Position numbers and translations under genes: made by a program. Shown here in pieces: positions 25,448 to 38,928 of a DNA stretch of 64,000 nucleotides (within the stretch, counting starts at the first letter, position 1; each line of letters begins with the position of its first letter). Source of the stretch: Trichoplax adhaerens (lineage: Eukaryota; Animalia; Placozoa). The stretch covers positions 2,518,152-2,582,151 of the forward strand of contig NW_002060944.1 in assembly GCF_000150275.1 (NCBI RefSeq). Direction: 5' to 3'. The notes under the pieces are model-generated. The model saw only the letters and a program-made list of their open reading frames with translations, was not told the origin of the DNA and made no database searches.

Positions 25448-28400
25448 TACCGTATAATGGATAGTAAATATAGATTTACCATAATTGTTTCATTTAGTGT
25501 TATTACTTTCCGTAAATAATCATTTTTTTTTTTTATATGAACATGATTATACTGGCGTTATTGGAAGGAATCAGGAATACAGTAGCTACAGTTGTTCTTT
25601 TACTTAGGGACATTTATGCGCGACTTAACTAAACACCTAACGTGCATTAGGTGTGTTATAACATAAGAGATTTTGTATTAATCTACGGTAGCAGTCTTAT
25701 TTATGGACAGTTCCCTAACATACTCGTATAGTGCTAATTAGTATTAGTTGCTGAACCTGTTCTTTATAAGATTACACGATTCTTTTTCTAAAGAATTTAT
25801 ACAATAACAATTATGCTGAGTTCTTATTTTATCTAAATAAGATAACTTAGATCTTCTAATAATAGCTTGGATATCGTGACAGAATGTTCCAATTCTTTAG
25901 GAAGGACAATAAGTGACTTATTGCTTCCGATATTTCCTAATTAGCCTTTTCATCGGTTGACAAATCTGATGTAAAATTCTATATAGTGCTACTGTACTTT
26001 GAATTTTAAACAAATTGACCCAATAACTTATAAAGCATCAAATGGGTTAATAAACCTTTCAAATAGTTCGATATAACTCGAAAAATTTATGCATGAAATT
26101 TTTCTATCTTCATGAGTCATAATTTCGTAATAAAACACCACAAAGATTCAATATTTTTATAAAATTTACTAATATTGTGGAAGGTAGATGTTATTGTACT
26201 AGCAGTGCTGTACTGCATTAATTGTTACTACAGTATTTACAGGACTTATTAACCAATATACAACATGCATGTGATATAATTGAATGGACCTATACACTGC
26301 AGTAGTTTAGATTACTGTCTATTAAGTTTGTTTACTTTCTGCTGTAATATTTTACTGCATTATAGCTGAAGATATTTTTATATGATCTAGGGTTGATATC
26401 TACTCCAAGTTGAAATGGGAGTGTTTTTACATTCGCCCATATTTTGTAGTGTAATTAGGATATCAAATCTTCAATGTAGTTAATATTTATAATCTTTTTA
26501 GGGGTGATTACTCAATTGTAATAAAGAATAAAATAGGCACTAAATGTGGCAAAATGTCGTATTATTTTATTGACAAATTATGATGATTATGTGATCAATT
26601 TGAAAGTCTGGCAATGATTGATATATTAGCGCGCTTCGACAGAGTTTAGAATGGCGAATGGTAGCACATCTGCCTAGTATGGTATTTTATTAGCTGTAGA
26701 CTATTTAATGCTGTACAAGCGCCATTATTTATTATAAAATTCTCAGCCGAAAAATAAGGATATAAAACACTTTTTCTATTTGGTGAGTTAACGTTTTCTG
26801 TAAGAAATTTGTCGTAGTATCTTTAGGTGCTTAAGTTATGTCTGGAGCTGTTATCTACCATTCATTGTTATCTTGCAGTAAGAGTCATTTAATGCTCTTA
26901 AACGTGTGCAATATTTTCATAAATTCTTCTATTTACCGATGAGACAGCTTTAGGTTCTTTGACAATGACGTCAGCTTCTATGAAAGGAACCAGCTTGCTA
27001 AAACTAGATAGCTTAATATCGAGACAAGTTGAAGAATGAAGACTATAGAGATAAAAAGAATTAAGCAAAACTTATCATGATGATTTATAATAATCAATCC
27101 TGCACTATGCGTATTTATTTATTGCTATAAAATTCTAAATTCGCATTTTCATTTTCAGTTAACTGCTGAAATTATTCTCCATTATTAATAAGCAAGCAGT
27201 TAATACAGATTAACAAGTAGTAGTACTTTTTATGCTTATGTCTGTAATTGCAGGATGATATCTGCTAAAAGAATAGTTTGCACTGTACGAATTCGAATAC
27301 CTACCACGAAGTATCAGTACTAATCTCATCTTTCTCAAGCCACGGTTTACGCGTAGTTTTATTATGATTTCTTCGCAAGGTTTTGACCATCAATATGGTA
27401 CATGTTGGGTATAGCTTTCAATGAAGCTTACAGATGGTATTAATCCTTAATTATTATTGTAATAGTACCTTATATAGTTATGTATTTTAGCTATATGTAG
27501 TTAGTTTTTGAATTTTCATTGTTCGTATAACCAATGCGATCATTTTATGTTATTCAAAGGTCATGATGGTAGTCGTTACCTTCATCATTTTTTATGATTA
27601 ATTTATAACCAGTGTCAATATTTCATCAATATGTTCAAACGCAATTTATATCGCTGGTAAAAAGTGAAATCGAGAAAAGGCTTTGCTATTCATTTCGACG
27701 CCCTATGATTAAATTTTTATTTTATAGGCAGCAATCAATAACTCTAATGTATATACAATAGAGATTACTTCAAATGATTGGCTCAATGCCGATTTGATTG
27801 TGCATGGATTCTTTAATTTGGGGTTGTAATTCAGTAGAATGTTGCTGTTCTGCCTTATTTTATTGTAATCTTAAATAGGATTTCAACGAGATAAAATAAC
27901 TACCAGAGAAACGTTTGTGCCGATTCTGAACAGTACATCGATAATTTTGCAGCTTAGACTGGTAGTTTTATTCAAGCACAGAAATATTAATATACTGATA
28001 GTATAAGTACGAATTTAATAGTCAGCTTTTCTTGAAGTATATTAATAGTAAAATGGATAATCTAAGGTCTTTTAAGGGATGATATCGGCAAGCTGTAACA
28101 AACTTAGAGTTATCAAATCATAAGTTTTTCTAACCTACTATTATAAAATCTTTTAATATCAAGCTAAAGATATTGCTGTTTATTGCTATATTTGTCTGAA
28201 ATATTAGCCTCTGCGCATAAAAAGAAAATGTACCAGTATTTTAATTATTTGTCTATAAAATTATGATTTTTAAATCATTAAAGTTTAAATAGAAATGAAT
28301 ATTAGCAAAAGAGGATATAGCTAATTTCCGTTCATTTAGCAAAGAAAGACTACCAATAGGAGGGTTGCTACTTCGCCTTTATGCTAGATAACATACGCAT

Positions 28401-29504
28401 AGGCTGCTTTGAACAGCATCATCTGATTGGCTAGTATCAAGTATCGCAAGTGTAACGTTATAAGATCAACTTACATTTACCAAGATTTGAAATTTAACTG
28501 ATTATAAATTAGGGGATAAATGAAATCAATGAATTGAATGACTAATTTAATATCTTTAACGATAGTTTCTTACCTTGTAGTATACATTTCATAAAGTCAT
28601 TATACACTGTACAGTAGCTATGGTATCGTAGGACAGGTGGGTGCTCTTTTTGATTAAAAATCGCCTTTATTCGGAATGTAATTAGATTATAGCCACAAAT
28701 CGATTTCGTTTGCTGGGTGTAGAAATTGCGAGAGAGAGCTACGTACACAATGATTATTCCATATTGTTATTCAACCTACATGGGAACTATTGTTATGGCA
28801 GTATATCTTCCTCGTACGACTGGAAAAAAATAATAGTAGTTAATTGAGGAGTTCAATTACGGATAATAGCTTGCTATTTTCGTCATCTATTGTCAATAAA
28901 CTTAATTTCTAATTAACATCAACTCAATTATGAGACAAGAGAAAATATTGTCTTGGTATAAAATTAAAAGCAGTCATAATAGCGCTAGATATAAAGAGGT
29001 AATATTGCCATGCAGGCAATGGCATAATAGATTCAGGAGGTGGAGACAAATCTATTCTCAATGCCCCTTTACAACAATACTTAGTAACAGCGTCTTGAGT
29101 AAAATAATGGATATGATGATGGCTATTCAATATTATTTTTTTACCCTTGTCGTCTTGTTTGATTCTCAAGTTGTTGTATTGATTCATTGATTGCTTACAT
29201 AAGTTTCAGCATTTAAATTAAAATTAATTTTCCAATCAATCTATCTATGTAATAACTTCGCTTCAACTTTGTTCCTTTTATAAGTACTTTCATTTCAGTC
29301 TTTTATTTGTATTACTACGGTATTTCTTTCATCTTTACGGCAAAATTTCCATCACTACTGAGTTTCAATTTTTATGGCTGATATGGTTTATTATTAAAGA
29401 TCTTTTAAAAATATTAGAATATTTTTGGCGCAGTAAACGTAAAAAATTGTAGTACCTAGTTTTATTCATATTTATTTAAGTGACGCTAAGTGAGAATAAC
29501 AATT

Positions 29505-32500
29505 ATGGGACAAACAAGATCCAAATCCATTACTAAATTATCTCCAGAAGTATTGGAAGAATTGGAGCAAACAACGCACTGTAAGTGGAAATAGAATTGC
29601 TCAAACGAGTAAAAATTAACCATATCACATTGTTAATCGTAGTACATTATTAGTAAAAGCCATTCTACCTTTTAATGGGTTTGTCGTGCTCCTTCATATC
29701 CTTCGGTATATGAAGATGAAGAATTACAACAAATCAATACTTAATTAAGAATAAGGCAAGTTCTCCGCGAGTGTGTTGACTTGTTAAATCCGTAACTTCA
29801 TCTTCTAGTCTGATTGGAGTCGAAATGATTAAGCAATACCGAAAAATATGGATCATAGACCTTCTTTACTTTTATAAAATTATAAGAAATTTATTATATA
29901 AAATGTATATTTGCCCTATTTTTGCTTGCGTACTCTTTATTATAGCCAAATAGATATTTAGAACGGTAAAACAAAGGAAAGCAAAAAATTCTTATAGATA
30001 TTTTTTTAAAGACTGATCACTGCTTTATTCTCATTTTATTGGGTTAAGATTGAAGAATTACAGTTGTGACCCTTCCTTTCGTCGTTAAGATTCCCAACTT
30101 CTAAAAGTGCTCCGTAGATTTAACCTTGAACATGATACTTTATAAAATATTATCAAATTTGAATATAATCTGTTCATTAGTCCAATCCAGTACGATTAAT
30201 TTTTTATTTTAATTTATTGCGAAGGAATTGCTAGCGAAAATATGTTCCTATACGAGCAATAGAATTGCAACTATTTTTATGTAGTTAATTATCTTCCAAC
30301 ATTATCTAGTCAACTGTTGTACATTTCTGATCGTATTTGAAGAGTTCAGTTTTTCATGTTGGATTTTATAGAGTATACAAGAGTTTATAGTACTATTATT
30401 GCACCTATAATGATACAGCTTAATATCAGTTACCTAAAATTTCATCATTTTCTCTTATAATTTTAAGTATTGAAATTTGGATGGCTAATCCTGCAAATTA
30501 TTTTAAAATTAAAAGTTATTTCTTGTTATTTTTATCATTATCGTAATAGTTTCCAAGAAAGAAATTACTCGATGGTAAGAATGTTATCCGATAAATTGTT
30601 GAAATGACAACTGGCTAAAACAATAAATTAAAAACATACTTTTGCCAATAGAATAAATTTCAATGTACATTATTATTACAAAATCAAATTTAATATTATT
30701 TAGGTCATATTATCAATAACGATGATGACTATACCTGACTTAGTTAACGTACGATTGAAATAGGAATAGAAAGTTCTTAAGAGATAATACCATCATCTTG
30801 TCCTAACTTTAGAATCAATCATAGAAATTTTGATTAACTACATCAATTTTAATGAATTTATTGCTACTAGTAATCGATCATGACTACGACAGGATAGGAT
30901 AATTGATAGCCATTTTATTAGATGAACTATGTAGCAAATTTATGAACACTTGAAGATTTTTATGCTATAGACCTTGTTTATTTTGCTAAAGATAGTTGAT
31001 ATTTTTATTCAAGGTATAAAGATTTTATTAAAGACTGCCCTTCTGGACAACTGAAGCAAGATGTAAGTTTGAAAGATTTGTCGGGTTTATATACTGTTTT
31101 ATATATATCCCTATCGTAGCTATTCTTAGGAAGGGGAGTAATATCTTGATAACATTGTAAAACTTAGAGTATATCGTAAACAGCAATATTTCCGTCAGTT
31201 ATCTGTTCACGATACCGTATTTATAGTTGGTATCTACTGGCTATCAAATTAGTTGAACTTCTTTTTTACGTTATAGTCATAGTTCAATTTTCTACGAGTA
31301 GCATTGTTTTAGTTATTATTCCTTCCTGTCCGAGCTATCTAATGCTAATATTATACCACGTATAAATCTAAATTGCATAATACTGTACATCGTATATGTG
31401 GCCGTAATTTTCATTATCTAAATGTATTATTTTAGCTATAAGTATAACATTTTACGCTGAAACCAAGCCAGAAGATAAATATGTGTATGGTCCTTCTTAG
31501 TCGACACTTATTGATTTTAAAACATCTATTTGTCAATAGCACTCATTCCTATGCCCACAATTTATCCTTTTTGTCTATTTTGTGATGTTAATATTGCGTT
31601 TCATTAAATGTCCAAATTTTCAGCGTTTATTAATTAACAATATTAAGTGCTGTCCATACCAATCTGAAATATGCAGTATATGAAAGACAGAAGTATTAAA
31701 ATTTCAATCGATTTCAAGTTTACTAGATCGTTTGCAACTTTCTCGTTACTATAAAATCTAAAATGATACACTTTAAACTATCAAAAGGTTAGTTTATTAG
31801 ATTCAATTACAGATTGAAGTGCAGAATTGCAGGGGTTATTTGCGAAGCTGATAGAAAGGAATAAGTGGTAAAATTACAGCCTTATGCAAGAGCATTGGGA
31901 AGCCTTCTAAATTTCTTTACTAGAATGAAAGCTAAATGTGATTGAAATTATTTTGCAAAATACGATAATTGTTTATGTCTAGAGATCTAAAATTTTACGA
32001 TTGTATGAATTTCTACAAGAAAAATGCAAATATAAGATTATACGATATTTACTACTAAAGTTGAGTGAGGAAAACAAAGTACAGTGGTTTAAACATTGAC
32101 TTTATTACAAAGGCTTCAATGGAAATTCTTCCAACTTCGGTTATTGCAAATACTATCTTTTATACTTATATAAAACTGAATATAAAATTTTTACCTGAAT
32201 AGATGGAGTAAAGTAGCTAGCTATACGCTTGAATATTGATAAATTATATTAATCTGCTTGTAATTACAGTAGCAAAAGACAGCGAAGCTTAGTCGATGCA
32301 GATAAATTGTAATATAATAATGCTCCACAGCAATGATAATCATGATTGACTAGATCATTCAATCATCTAACAAATGACATTTTCGAACTGAAAGTTATGA
32401 TACGAGTTCTTACTTGATATATTAATTATACTACTATTTTGGTCATGATAATCTATTTAAACATTTCAAAAGATTTAAGAGGACAGTGCTTTAGCTTAGC

Positions 32501-35500
32501 ATCGATTCTCATTGACTAAATTATCGTAAACACAATAGAAACTCGACAATTCTCAATTTTGAGAATTGAATTCTTGTGCGTTGATTGACGATACTTAGAC
32601 CTTATTAATTTTTGCATGACAATTTCTACAAACTGATAATGCATAACAGAAATTTTATTAGGAATTTCAGTGACTTTACTATAAAACCAGAGAAAGTTTC
32701 TATTATTTATACGGTTCACACTTCTTGAATTTTATCTCTTACAGTAGTTAAGAAATGGAGTGAATTGGATGTAACGTTGAGAAAAACATTTACTTGTATT
32801 ACTTAAATACCTTGCATCACTGCAATCATTGCTAAATACCATTACCTTTAATCATTACCTAGCAGCCATATAGCAAATAGAAGTATGACTAGATAGCACT
32901 TAAATTACTCTAAAAAGGTGTAATAGGATTAGTTTTTTCTCTTGTAGACCGGTTCGATTAAAATTTTAACCCATTGATTATTTCCTTAAAAATAATATTG
33001 GTGCTGGCAGTATACATGATTATATATACATACATTAACGTGCTGAGTGCACTTAGATTTGCTTTTATAATTATAATTAATGAACAGTCACTAAAACTAA
33101 GTTTTGCATTAACATTGATCGCATTAATTCATATTATGAATCATGATTTTTTGAAATTGTTTGTCATAACAGTAGAAATTACGTTTCTTGTGTGAAGAAA
33201 ATGCGACATTGTAGATCTCTTTAGCGGCTGATATTATCGATTTCAATCCACTAAAAACTTAAGCAATACCCTCATATTTTCGTATCGCTTCGTGCTAAAT
33301 TATAAATGTTTCATTATCATTCATTTTATTACGAATGCCACTACTATACTAAATAAGAGTTCAACACTCGGACAAATACAGTAGAATAATAGAGATAGCT
33401 CAGTATGAATAGCGAAATATAATAGAATAACTCTGATGTTGCAGTAGTAATTCAATTTCTCTACTAAAAATGTTTTATAATTAAATAAAGTAAAGAATAG
33501 AAATAGAACTGTCACATATCCGTAATCAATATATTATTAGTACGGAATTATAATTGAAAAGTTTTTTAATTGTTCCTTTTGGTTATTTACCAATTGGCTA
33601 ATATCTGAATAGCGATAATTTAGTATCATAATAGTTTTTCCATCTCATCCTGAGGTAGAGAGACGCTCTATTTTCCAGTCCTAAGATAGGAACGACAGAG
33701 TAGATAGATTAGTTGGGTCGCTAGATGGTGTTTCTATAATCTCTTATTATATTTTCACATTGATTTATTGGCGTTATTTACAATAAATCTTTAGCCAAAA
33801 TTTAATGATTACCTGCAAAGTAATGAAAATTAGAATGCAGCTATCTCTCAGTTGCATTAAACTATAGTAATTGAATGTTCATAATTCTACAAATACTATT
33901 TTATGGATAACAGTAGTTTAGTTTCGGTAATTAACAGCTATAATCGTATTAGATTATCTGTCATTATTTTGAACCTTAAGTAACTCATATCGACACTTAT
34001 GGTCCATAATTTAATAAATGTACTTTAATTAGCATTAAAAACTGATACTTTTTGTGTTTTATGAAGATAATTCTAGACGTGTAAGTCATGACCAATCGAT
34101 CGATATTTATCTATTTGAGCTTCATATACTTGCATGAGTGCATTTTAACTTTATTCTAAAACATTAGTACCATAACTCAAACTAGAAATAAACTTGTGGT
34201 CACACAGTCACAAGAAATTTTTTGTCATTTAAGAATCTAATCTGTATTACTACTGACACATTTCAATTTTACAAGATAATTTTAATTCATTTCCAATACA
34301 TCCGATATTCGTTTTAGTATGCTTATGGAAGTCCATAAAATTAATTTAGTAACAACAATTAATGATTACTTTGTATGGTATCTACGATTTACAAGATATT
34401 TGTTGGATGAATTTTTACCGTTTTGTTTGCTATAGTTATTACTTTTTAAGTTACCATAAAGTCCATTATTGGATATGATACATCGGTATTACACAAGGGT
34501 TATCATTCTTAAAAAATTTTACCTGGTGGTGTTTCACTTTACTTTAAAATCACTTAATAACGTCGCTTTTATTAATCAATATTAGTAGCAGCATTAGCGG
34601 ATTACTACATTCAACTCGCGTATGTTCATTTATTTACTATCAAAGAAAAGTTTTATTTTAATTTTCATCTTTTTTGTAAGAGAGTAGAAAAATTGCGTTT
34701 TTAATGTAATGTAATTATTGAAACCATCGATACACAGATAAAGTATGATAAGATCTAATGTACTGGTATATGAGACGCGCAAATTTTGTAGATTGACCGT
34801 AACTTGATATAGTACTGAAAATGATGCGTGTAAAATCAAAATTGATCGTTAATCTGGAAAATATTTTAGATAAATAAAGAAATTAATTAATATCAGCATC
34901 TTTATCTTTAAATCAATATATGAAAGTAATTATCAATATTCAAATATTTTTGAATTTAGTTAGAAAAAATATTTCTCTAAATGCTGTATTTTAGTTTTAA
35001 ATTCGTTCGATCTGATAAGATAGAATTGTTGCGGTAAAATATATGCTTACGAAAGGAGATTGTTCTATTTTTCTATTCTGTTTAATAAGGAATTTCAACA
35101 AATATATGAACAGTTTTTTCCAAGCGGCGACGTTTCAAAATTTGCATCATTTGTCTTTAACGTTTTCGATACGGACAAGGTAAATTTTTGGCAGAGGTTA
35201 CTAATGAATTGTTTGCTTGTAAATTTCGGTCGAGTATATAATAAATGACTCTATTAGTAAGCGGATTATCTTTTACTCCACATCCTAACTTAGGTCAATA
35301 AATTGCAGCTGACAAATAATTACCGATACTTGCTTACTTTTCCTCAATATAGAAATAGATTCAAACAATGATATACAAATTCGATGATTTTTGCATTGCA
35401 ACATTTTTAAAAGTAAAAGCTAATAAGTCGAGAGAGAAATTGCTAGTAACTCTGACTGTGTTAAACTATCAGATACTTTGACGAAGCGTTGACTAGAGCA

Positions 35501-37497
35501 TAACAAGAATGCGCCTATGTTAAAGCTTCATATCTGCTGATTAAACTATGGGCCATACCATCAAGTTAAAAACTTCATTGACCTTCAGTTTCACATTACT
35601 GAAACCAGATATAAACATTGCCACTACTAATTATTTAAAGGAATTTTAAAGTGGTACCATAGATTAGTTTAGGGTTTTAGTGCTCAGACTACAATTTGGC
35701 ACATAAAATATATCAGTAGTAATATTTACATATCGTTTTAAAGTTATCAAACGAATATCTGCAGCATAATTTAATTTTGCGTTAAATAACTATGGATTTC
35801 AGTCTAATAATGCAGATAATAACAGAGTAATTTATATACTGGCATTAATGAATAATTATAAGTAATCTAATTCTTGTAAGAGCACAAACTTTAATTCTAT
35901 TTAAATAATAAGCGATAGTTTGCTGTAACAGTGTTAAAATGCTGAGTCTCGTTTTGCTTCTTGGACCTGTATCATAAATCTGGGCAATAAATATTTGTTT
36001 ACAAATTATTCTTGTAGAATCATTTTATTACTTTTGCCGAATTTTTAACCGCGTTATCGATAACATCACGCGGAACCGTCGATGAAAAATTAGATTGTAA
36101 GTAAATAGATATTTTTTTTCTTTTTTTATGATACTACTACAGAAATTACAGGAATCGTAATTTTTAAATCATCATGTAATATAATTTGGCAATACTATTA
36201 TGTCACATACTATTCGGTTATAACTATGGAAGATTTCAGCACTTAAATACAGTAAAAAAGTTTGTAATGAAAACGTAAAATTGCAATCGTAATTTCTTGC
36301 TAAGAAATCAATCGTATCTGTACAATTTTTCGATAAATTTCCTCTCAAAGGGGCATTTTCCCTATATGATATTGATCATGATGGCTTTATAACAAGAGAA
36401 GAAATGACTGCTATTATTGACGCTATTTACTGTATGGTGGTGAGCAAATATAATTTAAGCTAATTTCATATGGTATAAGGGTGCATATTATACAAAAACG
36501 ATGAATTGATTAATCACTGAAATTTTAAGGAGCGATTACTGTAAAAATAAAAATAAACGATGTCGTTAATTTTATCGCAAGTTTAAAATTGTAAGGCTTT
36601 ATGTTTATGAGTAATAGTAGGCCCTCGCTCGTTATACTTTGCGCACTATACGATAGTATCTGTATAAGTATGTACTAGTATTTTTTACTTTACATCATAT
36701 ACTGTACAGTATAATTAATTAAAGCGTATATATATACAGTGTATGAATAGATAAATTTAGTTATTTTAAACGTGAAATAAGTCTATTCTAAGGCATCATG
36801 ATGCGCTAAACGTTAAAAAGTGATTAAATTGTTATTTTCTTCGATGATTTTGCAGTTAATCAATTAGTAAATGTTACTCTTAATTAATTTACAGGGAAGT
36901 ACAGACGAAATGCCTGCTGATGATAATACGCCCGAAAAGAGAGTTAATCGCATATTTTCGCAAATGGACAAGGTATAATTGCTGCTAGATAGTTATTTGT
37001 AATGATGAGTTTCTTTTACGTCACTTAGGCTTTAATGATTATAATTACTTTGGTAAGTTTTTAGTTAATATCTATAGTAGATTTACGCGCATTAATAGTA
37101 AGAGTTTTAATTTATATCTGATAATTGTTCTGATATCCAAATATGACAAAATAGTAGGTTTATAGATTGTTTTGATTAGATTTCAAATAATAATGTGCAA
37201 TATATCATACATCCCATATACTTTACCTGATTTATATATTTGCCTAATTTATGTATAACATATAAGTTATAGCTTGCTTTAAGTTAATGAATACTGATTA
37301 GATTTTGCCTATTTTCTTATAATTTCTAAGGATACTAGTACTACATAAACTAATCAATTAAATTAATGAACACATAAATGAATTAGGATAATGATGGAAG
37401 AATTTCACGTGATGAATTTGCTACCGGTGCAAAGCAAGACTCTTGGGTGGTTAAGGTTTTATCGTTAGATAAAGATGATCAAGCGGATTGCGATTAA
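29505..37497 (+). CDS. Neuronal calcium sensor / frequenin-like (divergent paralogue B)
   Basis: Eight exons (29505-29580, 30550-30574, 31014-31062, 35090-35179, ~36018-36096, 36351-36439, ~36894-36972, 37387-37497) give [89 protein letters not shown]...[19 protein letters not shown]...[38 protein letters not shown]. Intron positions are the same as in paralogue A. Confidence 0.95.
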
Positions 37498-38928
37498 TTG
37501 TAGTAGTCCAAGCAACAATTACTTTTGATATTATTTATACCACCTGTACAGGATATTGAACGCTGAATGATTAAAGTCTAATTGGAAAGTCCGCCACATA
37601 ATTTACTTATATTACAGTATAGGTAGCAGCAAACTGACGAAGCCTAAATTAATTATAAGCGAACGCTGTTTAATGTCTATCCATAGATCACTTAGTAATT
37701 ATTTGATATAGTCATATACTCGTACCTTATCTTAAATAATTGTCATACATTGAATTTCGTCAATCCAATATACAGTATACAAGATAAGCCATCATTCCTG
37801 TAGACGTTAAAAGAATTGCTTAACCCTTTTCCAAAAAATTATATGACTGTATCAGAAATCTGTGACCAAGAATTAATGTTGCTGTGCACGTGCTTCTATA
37901 TGCCTTAATTTCAATATTTATTCATGTTATTGTGTGAGGATATTATAGCAATACTTACTGTGTTATTCTGAAATATTAAGCTATCGAGCTTAAGGTCAAC
38001 TTTACCGCATATACGTACCAACATACTCGTACGTATTTAGCTATATGCGTACCCCTAATACATATCACTGTATTCGTTATTCAGTGAAATAAAATGAACC
38101 GGCTTTATTGCTTCAATAACCCAAAATTAATGAAAATTGGTTGAAGTGCTAGCAATTATAGCAATATTCGATGTATTAACAATATGGATGGATAAACATC
38201 CATAGTTTCTCTTTAAATCTGATAATACTTTTATAGCAATACAAAGGGAATCATAATATGACGTCACGAATCACTGCTTTCATAAAAGTTGAATACGATC
38301 ATGAATAAGTTTTCAGACTTTATTGGAAAATGCTGATTTTATCTACTTTAATTAAGATATAAAAAGTATTGTTATCAAGTTACCGTATCATACTAAAATT
38401 TCTGTAGATCCTTCCATTATTTTACGTGGCTCCATGATTTAATCGTGCAGTAGTCTTTAAGGGAGATTGATAGAAGTGTAGAAGCAACCAAATAATTAAA
38501 ATTACAATATTGTTTTTAACTGATCTTTAATAAGAATATCAAACCATTGTTATGGGATATTTGCATTGAGATTAATATCCTGTGGGAAAACCTTACTTTG
38601 ATTAAGAAAAAGCACAGTAGTTTGAGATTTACTAGCAATTTTCCTTAAAAATATAGCAGTTATGATATGTACATATCCAGAAATGCTCAAAACAACTATA
38701 CTAATATCATTGGGCATTGTGCTTTGCTAAGTTAAAAGGTAACGTAGTTCAATTTATATAGAAATCCAATACGGAACTAGTTCTCAATTACGGTTTATGA
38801 TGCTAGTACTTAATTCGGGCACTATTCAGTAGTTGCGTTAGTAGTATATGAAAACAAATTTGACGAATTAGTATTAGTTTCTAGCATAGAGAGACCGCTA
38901 ACATGGCATTTACTATACTAAAAAGGTA

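Noticed and set aside
32516-34839. Short ORFs in NCS-B intron 3
   Set aside because: Low-complexity I/F/L/K composition expected from AT-rich DNA, non-ATG starts and no recognisable domains.
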